64,000 nucleotides of DNA from contig NW_024704742.1 in NCBI RefSeq assembly GCF_018977255.1, positions 137,332,001-137,396,000 on the forward strand, read 5' to 3'. This DNA comes from Callorhinchus milii (Eukaryota). The notes under the pieces are model-generated. The model was not told the DNA's origin and did no database searches. It worked only from the letters and a program-made list of their open reading frames with translations. A program made the position numbers and the translations under genes. Shown piece by piece: positions 26,001-38,000 of this stretch (within the stretch, counting starts at the first letter, position 1; every line of letters begins with the position of its first letter).

Positions 26001-29000
26001 TGAGGACCACTGAGGGTACCGGTTACAGTACAGGAGGAGGCTGTCCTGCTCATTCTGTCTGTGCTAGTCCTCGCTCTCTCCCCCACTGGAGCTCTCTACT
26101 CTAACCCCATTCCCTGCTCTCTCTCTCCCCATCGTGTCTGTGCTGGTGCTCGCTCCCCCACTGGAGCTCTCTACTCTAACCCCATTCGCTGCTCTCTCCC
26201 CATCGTGTCTGTGCTGGTGCTCGCTCCCCCACTGGAGCTCTCTACTCTAACCCCATTCGCTGCTCTCTGCCCATCGTGTCTGTGCTGGTGCGCGCTCCCC
26301 CACTGGAGCTCTCTACTCTAACCCCATTCGCTGCTCTCTCTCTCCCCATCGTGTCTGTGCTAGTGCTCGCTCCCCCACTGGAGCTCTCTACTCTAACCCC
26401 ATTCGCTGCTCTCTCTCTCCCCATCGTGTCTGTGCTGGTGCTCGCTCCCCCACTGGAGCTCTCTACTCTAACCCCATTCGCTGCTCTCTCTCCCCATCGT
26501 GTCTGTGCTGGTGCTCGCTCCCCCACTGGAGCTCTCTACTCTAACCCCATTCGCTGCTCTCTGCCCATCGTGTCTGTGCTGGTGCTCTCTCCCCCACTGG
26601 AGCTCTCTACTCTAACCCCATTCGCTGCTCTCTCTCTCCCCATTGTGTCTGTGCTGGTGCTCGCTCTCCCACTGGAGCTCTCTACTCTAACCCCATTCGC
26701 TGCTCTCTCCCCATCGTGTCTGTGCTGGTGCTCGCTCCCCACTGGAGCTCTCTACTCTAACCCCATCCCCTGCTCTCTCCCCATCGTGTCTGCTGGGTCA
26801 GGCGACGTGTTGCTGTCCTCCAACACTGTGTGAGTATGTGAGGTAGAGGGGTGGGGGGTTGACTGTAACACTGAGTGTGTGAGGCGGGGGTGGGGGGTGG
26901 GGGGGTACTCACTCGCCCTCTCTTGTGACCAGTGATAAACTACGAGGTACAGGTGCAGACGGGTAACGTGAGGAGCGCGGGCACCAACGCCCAGATCTTC
27001 ATCCAGATTTACGGGGAGAACGGGAAAACCGAGGTCATCGACCTCCGCAGCCGCTCAGACAACTTTGAGCGAGCGGCCATGGACATCTTCAAGGTGGGTC
27101 ATCGAGAGAGAGGAAGAGGGAGGGGAGATTGTGGGGTGGCGTGGGGTGTTTTGGGGTGGGTGGGGTAGTTGCCTGGATCTGATAGAGGTGTGGATGAGGG
27201 TTTTGTGTGCGTGGGGAGGATGTGGAGATAGAGGAGAACAGATTAGGAAGGACAGTTGGGGCTGTATAGATTGTGGATGGAGTCAGGTGAATTGGGACCA
27301 GGTTGCAGTTGGGTTGGGTATAGCTGGAGTGGGGTGGGGGGGGCGTTGTCAGTTGGTCAGGGTGGGGTCAAGTGGGTTCAGGACCCTATCCCATATGAGG
27401 GACTCTATATATTTATATAGCAAATTATTCTTGTTGAAAAATAATGTGTGAGTCACCCCCTCATTCTGCCTCCCTTCCTCTCCCCCCAATCCCCACCCCC
27501 CCCCCATCCCCCCATCCCCCTGCCCTGAGCAGATCCAGGCAACGGACGTGGGCAAACTGATCAAAATCCGCATCGGACACGACGGCAGTGGAATGGGGGA
27601 CGGCTGGTATCTGGAGACAGTCTCCATCAGCCGGCTGAGCTGGCGACCAGCGGCCGAAGAGAAGAAGAAGAAAAAGAAAAACAAGAAGAAGAAGGGGGCG
27701 GCGGAGGAGGAGGAGACTCCGAGTGGGGGGGAGGAGGTGGTGGAAACGTTCACCTTCCTGTGTCAGCGCTGGTTGGCTACGGACGAGGAGGACGGAGAGC
27801 TGGTGGTGGAGCTGCTGCCCGAGGGTGTTGAGGACCTGGAAGGTGTGGCTCGGGGAGGGGCAGGATGGTGGTGGGAGGGGGGTAGAGGGGTGGTGGGAGA
27901 GACAGGAGGGGGGTGGGAGGAGCTGCTAACAGTGGAAATCCTGCCCCAACTGCTCAAACCATTCCCTGGCCTCCAAAGGGTTTGGGCTTCCAACCTTGTG
28001 AGCGAGCGACCAGTTTTATTGGGGGGGATTGTTGGCCAGGACACTGGGGGAGAGAGGAACTTCCTTCTCTTTGCAAATAGTGCATGGGATCTTTACCTGA
28101 ACACACAGACCAGACCTTAGTTTAACGTCTCAACCAAGGACGGCACCTCCAACAATGCAACACTCCCCCAGCGCTGCATTGGAGCCTTGTCTTAAAACGG
28201 TGAGGTTGTGGAGTTGGAGGGGATTAGGACAGGAGAGGGAATTGTTTTTTTCTCCTCCTGATATTTCTCTGAGGTCTCTTTTTACACTCGCCCCATCTTC
28301 CCCCCACCCGCCGCCTTCCCCTCCTCAACACCATTCTCCCCCACAACCGATGACCACCTTTGCTCCTGCAGAGAACTCTTACGAGGTTCATGTCTTCACG
28401 GGAAAAGTAACAGGCGCGGGAACAGACGCCAACGTCTTCATCAACATCTACGGTGAAGTGGGTGACACTGGGGAGCGGCAGTTGAGGAAATCCGGCAACC
28501 TCAACAAGTTTGAGAAGGGGCAGGTTCGCTGGTTCTACGTCCATTTCCATCTTGGTTCACTCCAAATTTCGCCCCCCTCCCCGGTCCCTCTTCATCCTGT
28601 CCTCTATGCCCTCGCCCAACCCCTTCTCCCTGTGCAGGCATGTCCCTGTGTTTCCATGTTCCCATGTCCCTGTGTTCCCATATCCCCGCTTTGGCATGTC
28701 CACGCATTTGCATGTCCCCGTATTCCTGTGTCACCGTTGGCGTGCTGCTTTGTCGCGTGTTATTGGCGTGATCCCACCAGCCTGTGCTTGCGGTGTAGGA
28801 GGATGTGTTCATGCTGAAAGCCGCTGACCTGGGAACACTGAAAAAACTCCGCATCCGTCACGACAACTCCAGTGGCAGCGCCGGCTGGTTCCTCAATGAG
28901 GTGGAGATCGTCGACCTGAAGGATGACACCTTGTGAGTATCTGGGGGGAGAGAGGATCTGAGGGGGCAGTAGATGGTATCTCCTTATAACAGAAGGTGAC

Positions 29001-32000
29001 ATGTTTGGCAACGGAATGTCGAAATCAAGCACAGCTCTCTGACGGTCTCTAATCCAGGAGGGTCCGCAGTATTCCAGGGCACTGGAGATGACAGCACAGC
29101 CCAGCCTGGCTCATCGCAGGATCTAAGGGACCAGTCGCTGAGGGCAGGGAATCCTCCCACTCAGTTAACCCTGCAAGCCATAGCCCTAACAGGTAGGGTG
29201 TTCCCAGCGGGTCAAGCAGCGGGAAAGCTTGCCAGGCAGCGATATCAATGACAAGCTGTGTGGTTTAACTGGTTAGACTCCCAACAGTTACCCCAACACA
29301 CACTCTGGGGTCCCCAAAACTTGGCTCTTGCCAACCTGGGCCTAGTACTTTCTGGAATTAGGTTTGGAGACTCTTAAACACGGTGATGGGTCTGAGGGGG
29401 GAAAAAGAGTGAGGATCTAAGGGGGGAGAGAGCGCAAGGACCTAATACCTCCCCTGACACCCCCAGGTATTTCTTCCCCTGTGAGCGCTGGTTGGCTGTG
29501 GATGAAGATGATGGACAGATTGCGAGGGAGCTGGTGCCGGTGAATGAGGCTTTCCTGAAGAAAGGCTCAGATGATGAGCAAGCTACACTCGGGCTGGAGC
29601 AGAAAGGTCAGGAGCTCAGCCAACAGGACACACCTGGAAACAGCGTCCAGCTGGAATTCTGTGTCAACAGCAACAACACATTACATTTGCACAGCGACTT
29701 TCATGTCAGGAGGACGTCCCAAGGCACTGGACAGTCAGGAATTTGGACCCAAGCTGGGGGTTGGGATTAGGGAGGGTGGAGGGCAGGGAGGGTAGGGGTA
29801 GGAGGGTGGCCAAGAGTGCATTCGAAGAGGAGGGTCTCGAGATGGACATTAAAGGGGGCACAGGAGGGGGCGAGGTGAAGGGACTATGGGGTGGAGTTAC
29901 AAAGGGTGGGCAGAAAGACTAAAGGCCTGACCGTGGATGGTGGGTTGGACCGGGTGGGTAACAGGGAGCAAGCCGGAGTCTGCTGAGTGGAGGGAGCGGA
30001 CAGTTCGGTATGGGCTCAGCAGGTCGCAGAGGTAGGGAGGAGCTAGGCTCGAGAGGGCTTGTCCAGCTCTGGTCAGGCCGAGCCTGGAGTACCGATTCCA
30101 GCTGTGGTCAGGGATGGACTCAATGTTCTTTGGTGTAGCTATGGTCAGGTTTGGTGCTGGTGTGTATAACTGTGTGTATAACCAATGCTCTCTGTATCTG
30201 GCAGCTCAGTCCACCACCTACACCGTGAGGGTCAAAACTGGGGACAAGAAAAACGCAGGCACCGACTCCAACATCTTCATCAACCTTTACGGGGAGCACG
30301 ACGACACCGGTACATGGAGCGAGGCGGGGTCAGCAGAGGGGTGGGGCGTGGCCAGGGCGGGGGTCAGCAGAGGGGTGGGGTGTGGCCAGGGCAGGGTCAG
30401 GAATCGGGAGAGGCGGGAGTGAGGGTGGAGTCAGGGTGGGGTCGGTGCAGAGTGAGGGCAGGCTCAGGGTGGGGTCAGGGTAGGGTTTGGACGGGGTCTG
30501 GGCAGGGATAGGATGAGGCTGAGGTAGCGGGTTTGGGTCAGGGTGGGGCCGACGTTTGGTGGTTGTATTTTTTCAGACCATTTCTCACCTCGCTCCCCGC
30601 GCCCCCCAGAGGCTGACATATCGGTGGGGAGGGGGGGGTGGGGGGTAGCCCATCATCATGCTTAACAGTCTCCAAACTTGTGAGAATTCCGCAACCCTGT
30701 CTCCCTCCCCTCCCCACCCCGTTCCGGCTGTCCCCTCCCTCTCCTGCTCACCCTATCCACCCCTCCCTCCATCCGGTAGTCATGTAGTGGTTAGAGCGCT
30801 CGCCTTGGAAGTGGGAGGACCCGGGTTTGATTCCCGGGCAGGGCGAAACCTTAGGCAAGTTTCCTTACTCCGCACACCTCTGTTTACCCTGCTCACCTAG
30901 TAAATAATAATAGTTTGGTCACTCAATCTACGACTGTTTGTGCGACGCTGCTGTGTCCGATTGGCTCTTCTTCCAAAAAACACACAGTCACTACACTTTG
31001 TAGTATATTCTGCGAAGCGCTTTGAGACGTCTCAAAGGTGTGATAAGGCCCCGTATCAAATGCAAGGATAATAATTATTATTATTATATCCTCACCCTGT
31101 CCTCATGTTTCCCTCTCTCCTTCACCCTATCCCCCTCCCCCAGGTGTCGTGAACCTCAAGTCCTCGAAGATGAACAAGAACAAGTTTGAGCGAGGACAGG
31201 TGGACGAGTTTATAGTGGAGGCCGTGGACCTGGGGCCACTCAGGAAGATCCGAGTCGGACACAACAACTGCAGTGAGTACCCCCCCCCCACCCCCCGCCG
31301 CGCCCCCACGGTCTCAGAACCATTTCATTTTCTGCTCAGCCGGGTGTCTGACACATGAGGAAACCCATCACCATTGCTTAAGAGTCTCCAAACCAAACGG
31401 AGAATTCCCTGCATCCCATCTCCGCACGGGAATCCCAGAGATAGATTGTTGGAATGGAATGCGCTCTCTCACTCTCTCCCTGAGGGACACATCCTGCTTA
31501 CCTCGTTCCAGAGAGTATTAGGTGCAGGTTGGCAAGAGCCATAGCCCTAACAGGTAGGGTGATCCTAGCAGGACAAGCAGCGGGAAAGCTTGCCAAGTCT
31601 GCGTTGGGGTAACTGCTAGTGCTAAATTGTATAGTTTGCTGAGGCATCGACAACACCAAATTGCACTTATACAGCGCCTTTCATGAAATGAGGACGTCCA
31701 AAGATGCTGGACGATTAAGGGTTTGCACCCGAACTGTGGGTTGGGATCAGAGAGGGGTGGAGGGCAAGGGAGGGGGTGGGGGTGGAAGAAGAAAAGTCCC
31801 AAAAGGAAGGTCTTGAAACGGGCCCTGAAGGAGGCAAGGGAGGAGGCGAGGATGGAGTTCCAGAGGGTGGAGGCAGAAAGGCTGAAGGCCTGATAGTCGA
31901 TGGTGGAGCATATCTGGGGGTGGGAGGGGTGGGTGGACATTGATTAGTCTAGTGCCTGAAGAGTGGAGGGAGCAAACAGGTTGTGTGTGTGTTTGGGGGG

Positions 32001-35000
32001 ATGGGAGGGTGAGGAGACAACGGGCCGAGTGGGCTCCATCTGTGCAGTGAGTTGCCTGTGTTCTCAGTGTTCATTCCCCCCACCCAGATGGGTCTCCCGG
32101 CTGGTTCCTGGATTGGGTGGAGATTGACGCTCCCTCTCTCGGACGGCGGCTGAGGTTCCCGTGCGGGCGATGGCTGGACAAGAGGGAGGATGACGGAGCC
32201 ATTGTGCGGGACCTTGTCCCCGCGAGCTTGCAAACCGTGGAATATGTGCCATGTAAGTGGGGATTCACAGCGGGAGTGAGCGGGTAGGAGTTGGGGCCGT
32301 TGCGAGTGTGGACGATGGGAGTGAGTGGGCGGCTGCCCGCGGTGTGAGACAGTGGCAGAGCCGGGCGATGTTGTGGAGGTGGGGGAAGGCAGTGTCGGTC
32401 TCTCTCACTGCACTGTGCGCGGTGGGGGGCGGGGGGTGTGTGCTGTGTGGGGATGGGGGCTGTGTTGGGGGTGCTGTGTGCGTGGCGGGGGTTGTGTGTG
32501 CGGGGTGGGGCTGTGTGTTTGTGGGGTGAGGGGCTGTGTGTGTGTGGGGTGGGATGCTGCGTGTATGGGGTGCTGTGTGTTGTGTGGGGGGGGTTGGGGA
32601 GAGCTGTGTGTGGGGCGCGGGGGGGTGGCTGTATGTGTGTGTGAGGCTGACCCTCGTCGTGCTGTGCTAGTTGTGCCCTACGAGATCACGGTATTCACCA
32701 GTGACCGTTACGGAGCGGGAACGGACGCTGACGTCTCTGTGGTGCTGTACGGCCTGGACGGGGTCTGTAGCCAGAAGAGGTCCCTGTGTGTCAACAAGCG
32801 GGAGCGACGCATGTACTTCAAGAGAGGAGCCACCAACAAGTTCATCGTGGAGGTGAGTCTGAGTGGGGCAGCGGGGTTGGGGGGGGGGGGTGGGTGTGGG
32901 TGGGGGATGAGTTGGGGGCGCAAGGATGGAGTGCAGAGCGCCAGCAATCCTTTATATAATGTGCAACGCAGCTGAGAAACTTTATACAGTGATCAACCAC
33001 AACTTACACAGTGTCCTTCATGCAGGTTAGCGTCCCAGAGCGCTTAACAATGGCGGAGCCTGGCACCGAGCCAGGGTTGGGGGGTGGGTGGGAGGAGGTG
33101 ACCGTAAGCACCGTCAAAGTGGAAGGTCTTCAGGCGTGATCTGAAGATGGGGAAGGAAGGGGCGAGGCGGAGGGATTGAGGGAGAGTGTTCCAGAGTTTC
33201 GGGGCCTATTGGATGAAAGCGCGGCCACCAGTGATGGAGCGGAAGGGACGAGGGGCAAACGGGAGGCCAGAGGCCAGAGCGGAGGCAGCTGGTAGTGGAG
33301 TGGGGAGTGGGAGTCGGAGAGATAGGGAGGTGCCAGGGCATGAAGTGATTTGTAGAGGATCTTGAAGTCGATCAGTTCTGTGATAGGGAACAGTGACGAG
33401 CACTGGGGTGATGGGCATGGAGTTTAGTGCAGGTGACTATGAGTGGTGGAGTTCTGTATTAACTGTAGTTTATGGGTAGTAGAGCTGGGGAGGCCACCAA
33501 AGAGGGCATTGGAGTAGTGCCAGTATTGACAGACAGGCAGGCTGGCACGGTGTGACTGGCAGGGAGGCAGGCTGGCACGGTGTGACTGGCAGGGAGGCAG
33601 GCTGGCACGGTGTGACTGGCTGGGAGGCAGGCTGGCACGGTGTGACTGGCAGGGGGGCAGGCTGGCACGGTGTGACTGGCAGGGGGGCAGGCTGGCACGG
33701 TGTGACTGGCAGGGGGCAGGCTGGCACGGTGTGACTGGCAGGGGGGCAGGCTGGCACGGTGTGACTGGCAGGGAGGCAGGCTGGCACGGTGTGACTGGCA
33801 GGGAGGCAGGCTGGCACGGTGTGACTGGCAGGGAGGCAGGCTGGCACGGTGTGACTGGCAGGGAGGCAGGCTGGCACGGTGTGACTGGCAGGGAGGCAGG
33901 CTGGCACGGTGTGACTGGCAGGGAGGCAGGCTGGCACGGTGTGACTGGCAGGGAGGCAGGCTGGCACGGTGTGACTGGCTGGGAGGCAGGCTGGCACGGT
34001 GTGACTGGCAGGGAGGCAGGCTGGCACGGTGTGACTGGCAGGGAGGCAGGCTGGCACACACACCGTGTAACATTAAAAACTCATCCCTCCCTCTTCTCTA
34101 TCTCACTCTTTACCTCTCGCTGTCTCTGTCTTTGTCTCTTTCTGTTTTTCTCTCTCTTCCTCCCTCTCCCCCCCTCTTCCTCATCCCTTCTCGCCCCCCC
34201 CCTCTTCTCGCCTCCCCTTCTCGCCCCCTCTTCTCTCCCGCTCTCTGCTGTTATCATCCCCCCTCCACCCCCTCTCTGCCCCTTCTCTCTCCCCCCACCC
34301 CTTCCCCCCCCCTCCTCTTTGCCCCCCAGCTGGCAGACGTGGGGGAGAGTATAGAGAAGCTGCGGGTTGAACACAATGGACGGGGCCTGAACTCAGGTTG
34401 GCATCTGGACCGTGTGGAGATCCGCCGACTGCTTCCCAAGGGAAAGGTGAGGGAATACCGGGAAAGCCAGGAAGTGGGGCTCAGCAATGCATGGTGACAA
34501 GGTACACTTAAGGGTGTGGTGGTGATTTTTTTGGGTCAGCCTTTACTAAACCACATTATATTTTTGGGGAGGGTCAGCCAGGTGTCTAACACGTACGGAA
34601 ACCCATCACCATTGCTTAAGAGTCTCCAAACCAATCCAAGCTGAGAATTCCCTGCATCCCACCTACACATGGAAGTCCCAGTGATAGGTTTTTGGAATGA
34701 ATGCGCTCTCTCACTCTCCCTGGAGGGAGAAATCCTGCTTACCTAATTCCAGGGAGTATTAGGCGCAGGTTGGCAAGAGCCAAGGCTTGGGGACCCCAGA
34801 GTGTGCGTTGGGGGTAACCAGCTAAAACCACATAGCTTGCCATTGAGAGCGCTGATGGAGGGTGAGTGTGGGGGATGTTTAGGACAGGGAGAGAGGGTGT
34901 GTGAGTATATGTTGATGCCACTGACTGACAGTAATCGCCGTGCACAGGGCTCGGAGACGGTGATCTTCCCTTGTGAGCGCTGGCTGGCCAAGTCCGAGGA

Positions 35001-38000
35001 TGATGGTGAGATCGTTCGGGAGCTGGTGCCCAGCACCATCATCCAGGAGCGTTTGCAGCGAGATGGCACGTTAGCCTGCAGCGAGACCGATGTGGAGGAG
35101 CCACTAGAGAGTGAGTGATAGCGGGCGCGCTCTCGTCTCCCAGGCAGGAGGTTGTGGGTTCAAGCCCCACGTCAGGATTTGGAATCGCATAGTCTAAGCT
35201 GACGCTCCAATGCAGCGCTGAGGGGGTGTTGCATGGTCGAAGCTGCGGTCCCTAGGATGAGACATTAAACCGGTCTGCCTGTTCACGTGAATCATAGAAT
35301 CTTACCGCACAGAAGGAGGCCATTCGGCCCATCGTGCTCTTTGAAAGAGCTGCCAACTAGTCCCACCCCCCCCCCGCAATGGAATCGTATGTTGTCAAAG
35401 ATCCCCGGGCACTATTCAAAAAAAAGAAAGGAGTTTCTCTCTCTCCCGGTGTCCTGGCCAGCAATCGACCAGATAGAATCAGCCACTCGCTCTATAGCTG
35501 TTTGTGGGACGCTGCTGTGTGCAAATTGGTTGTCTCATTTCACCCCCATAATACACATTATATTCTGGAAACCGCTTCGAGACAACTCAGCAACGTGATA
35601 AGGCGCTATATCATATAGAGGTGTTTCGTGGTGGCAGTGATTTGTGTCCGAATGGCTTCTGCGAGGAGGTGTGGGTCAAATCCGTGGCCATTTTTTTTTG
35701 TGTCTCGACGGTGACACCCCGAGCTTCTCCCTGCGTCCTGATGACATTCATAAACCCTGCGAAATGTTTGGATGGTGTAGAATTAGGTTGGCAGGTTTAC
35801 AATTTTAATCAGGAAGTGACGGCAACAGCACGTCAACAACAACAACTTGTATTTATATGGCGTCCCCTCATTGCAGAGCAGAGAGCACAGCTTGCGAACT
35901 GACATCAGCAACGATGCGCTAACCTGGAAGTACTGACCAGCGGCCATGGTTTTGCCTGCACCCCGGTCTGCGTCTGTTGAGGGTTCTGATGTTAGAATGT
36001 GAGTTCCTGTTTCCTCAGCTCACACCTACAAGGTGTCCGTCTCCACCGGAGACGTCTATGGAGCCGGGACTGATGCCAACGTCTTCCTCACTGTCTACGG
36101 GGACCTGGGAGACACCGGCGAGCGCAAACTCAGCAAATCCGAGGACCACTCCAACAAGTTTGAGCGAGGACAGGTCAGTAAGAGAGGAGCAGGGGCTCTG
36201 GGGGTGGGAGAGAGGGTCTGGGGTTAGAGAGAGAGATGGGGTTAGAGGGTTAGAGAGAGAGAGAGAGAGGGGTGTCTGGGGTTAGAGAGAGAGAAGGGGT
36301 CTGGGGTTGGAGAGAGAGGGGATCTGTAGTTAGAGCGAGAGAGATGGGGTCTGGGGTTAGAGAGAGAGAGGGGGGGGGTCTGGAGTTAGAGAGAGAGAGG
36401 GGGTCTGGGGTTGGAGAGAGAGGGGAGGTCTGGGGTTAGAGAGAGAGGGGGTGGTCTGGGGTTAGAGAGAGAGAGAGTGGGGGTGGGTCTGGGGTTAGAG
36501 AGAGAGAGGGGGTCTGGGGTTGGAGAGAGAGTCTGGGGCTGCAGTGATGGGGGGTTGGTGGTGGCTGCTCTCCCCACAGTGACCACCTCTTGCTGTGACC
36601 TGGCCAGGTGGACACCTTCACGATGGAGGCTGTAGACCTGGGGCAGATTTACAAGATCCGGATTCGGCACGACAACACGCTGGCGAGCGCGGAGTGGTAC
36701 CTGGAGCAGGTGGAGGTGGTGGACGAGAACACAGAGGAGGTCTCGGTCTTCCTGTGCGAGCGCTGGCTCTCCAGAACCAGAGAGGACAAGAGGATCGACC
36801 GGGTTTTGTACATCAAGGTACATCATTCAATCCACCACTGTTTGTGGGACGCTGCCGTGCGCAATTGTGGAGTCCTGTAGCTCAGTGGTTGGAGCACTCG
36901 CTTTGCAAGTGCCGAGTTCAATCCCCGGCAGAGGGCGAAACCTCGGGCAAGTTTCCTTACTCCACACAGAGCCGAATAATAATCCCTCCAAAACCCAAAA
37001 CAATAATAAATTGGTCATTTTCAATCCACGACTGTTTGTGGGACATTGCTGTGCGCAATTGACCGCCGCGTTCGCCCACAAATATACAGTCAATTCACTT
37101 TACAGTGTGTTCTGTGAAGCGCTTTGGGACGTCCTCCCGACGTGAAAAGTGCTATATCAAATGCAAGGATCATTATCATTATTATTCACCCGGACACCTG
37201 TGTGTTTCTCTCCTCTCAGGGTTATGAGGGCGATAGGAAGAGCCTCGTCCCATCCACCCAGGGGTCAAAACTGAGTCTCAGCAACGTTCAGCTCAGGAGC
37301 CTAACAGAGGGGTCGACAGAGGAGGGAACCAGTGAGTGACTGTTATACAACACCATGTTACACCGACACAATAACAACGATAACAACAAAATAACAACAG
37401 CAACAACACAGTAACAGAAACAATAACAACAACAACACAGTTACAGTAACAATAACAACAACACAGTAACAGTAACAGTAACAACACAGTAACAATAACA
37501 ACAACAACACAGTAACAGTAACAACAACACAGTAACAGTAACAATAACAACAATAATACGTTACACTTATACATAACAACAAAATAATCAGTAACAGAAA
37601 CAGAGTAACCATAAACACAATAACAGCAACAATAAAGTAAGAATAAGAAGACATTACACTTATATAAGTAATTTGGGGTCAGTCTGAGACGTGTGGAACA
37701 ACAACAACAACAACACGATTGCATTTATAGAGCGCCTTTCACGTCGGGAGGACGTCCCAAGGCGCTGTACAGTTGGGTCAGGACCCGAGCATTGGGGAAA
37801 TGGTCAGGGTGACGGGAGGGAAGGGAGGGAGCGAGGAGGGGGAAATGGTCAGGGTGAGGGGGAGGGAAGGGAGGGAGCGAGGAGGGGGTAGAGAGTCGAG
37901 AGGGGAGCTGAAGGCTGAAGGTCAAAGAGAAAGGTCTTGAGACCGGCCTTGAAGGAGGAAAGGGAGGAGGCGGCGAAGGCGCTGGGGGATGGAGTTCCAG

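Noticed and set aside
33532..34057. CRISPR-like array of 30-bp repeats
   Set aside because: The repeats are contiguous with no unique spacers, there are no cas genes, and the context is a vertebrate intron.
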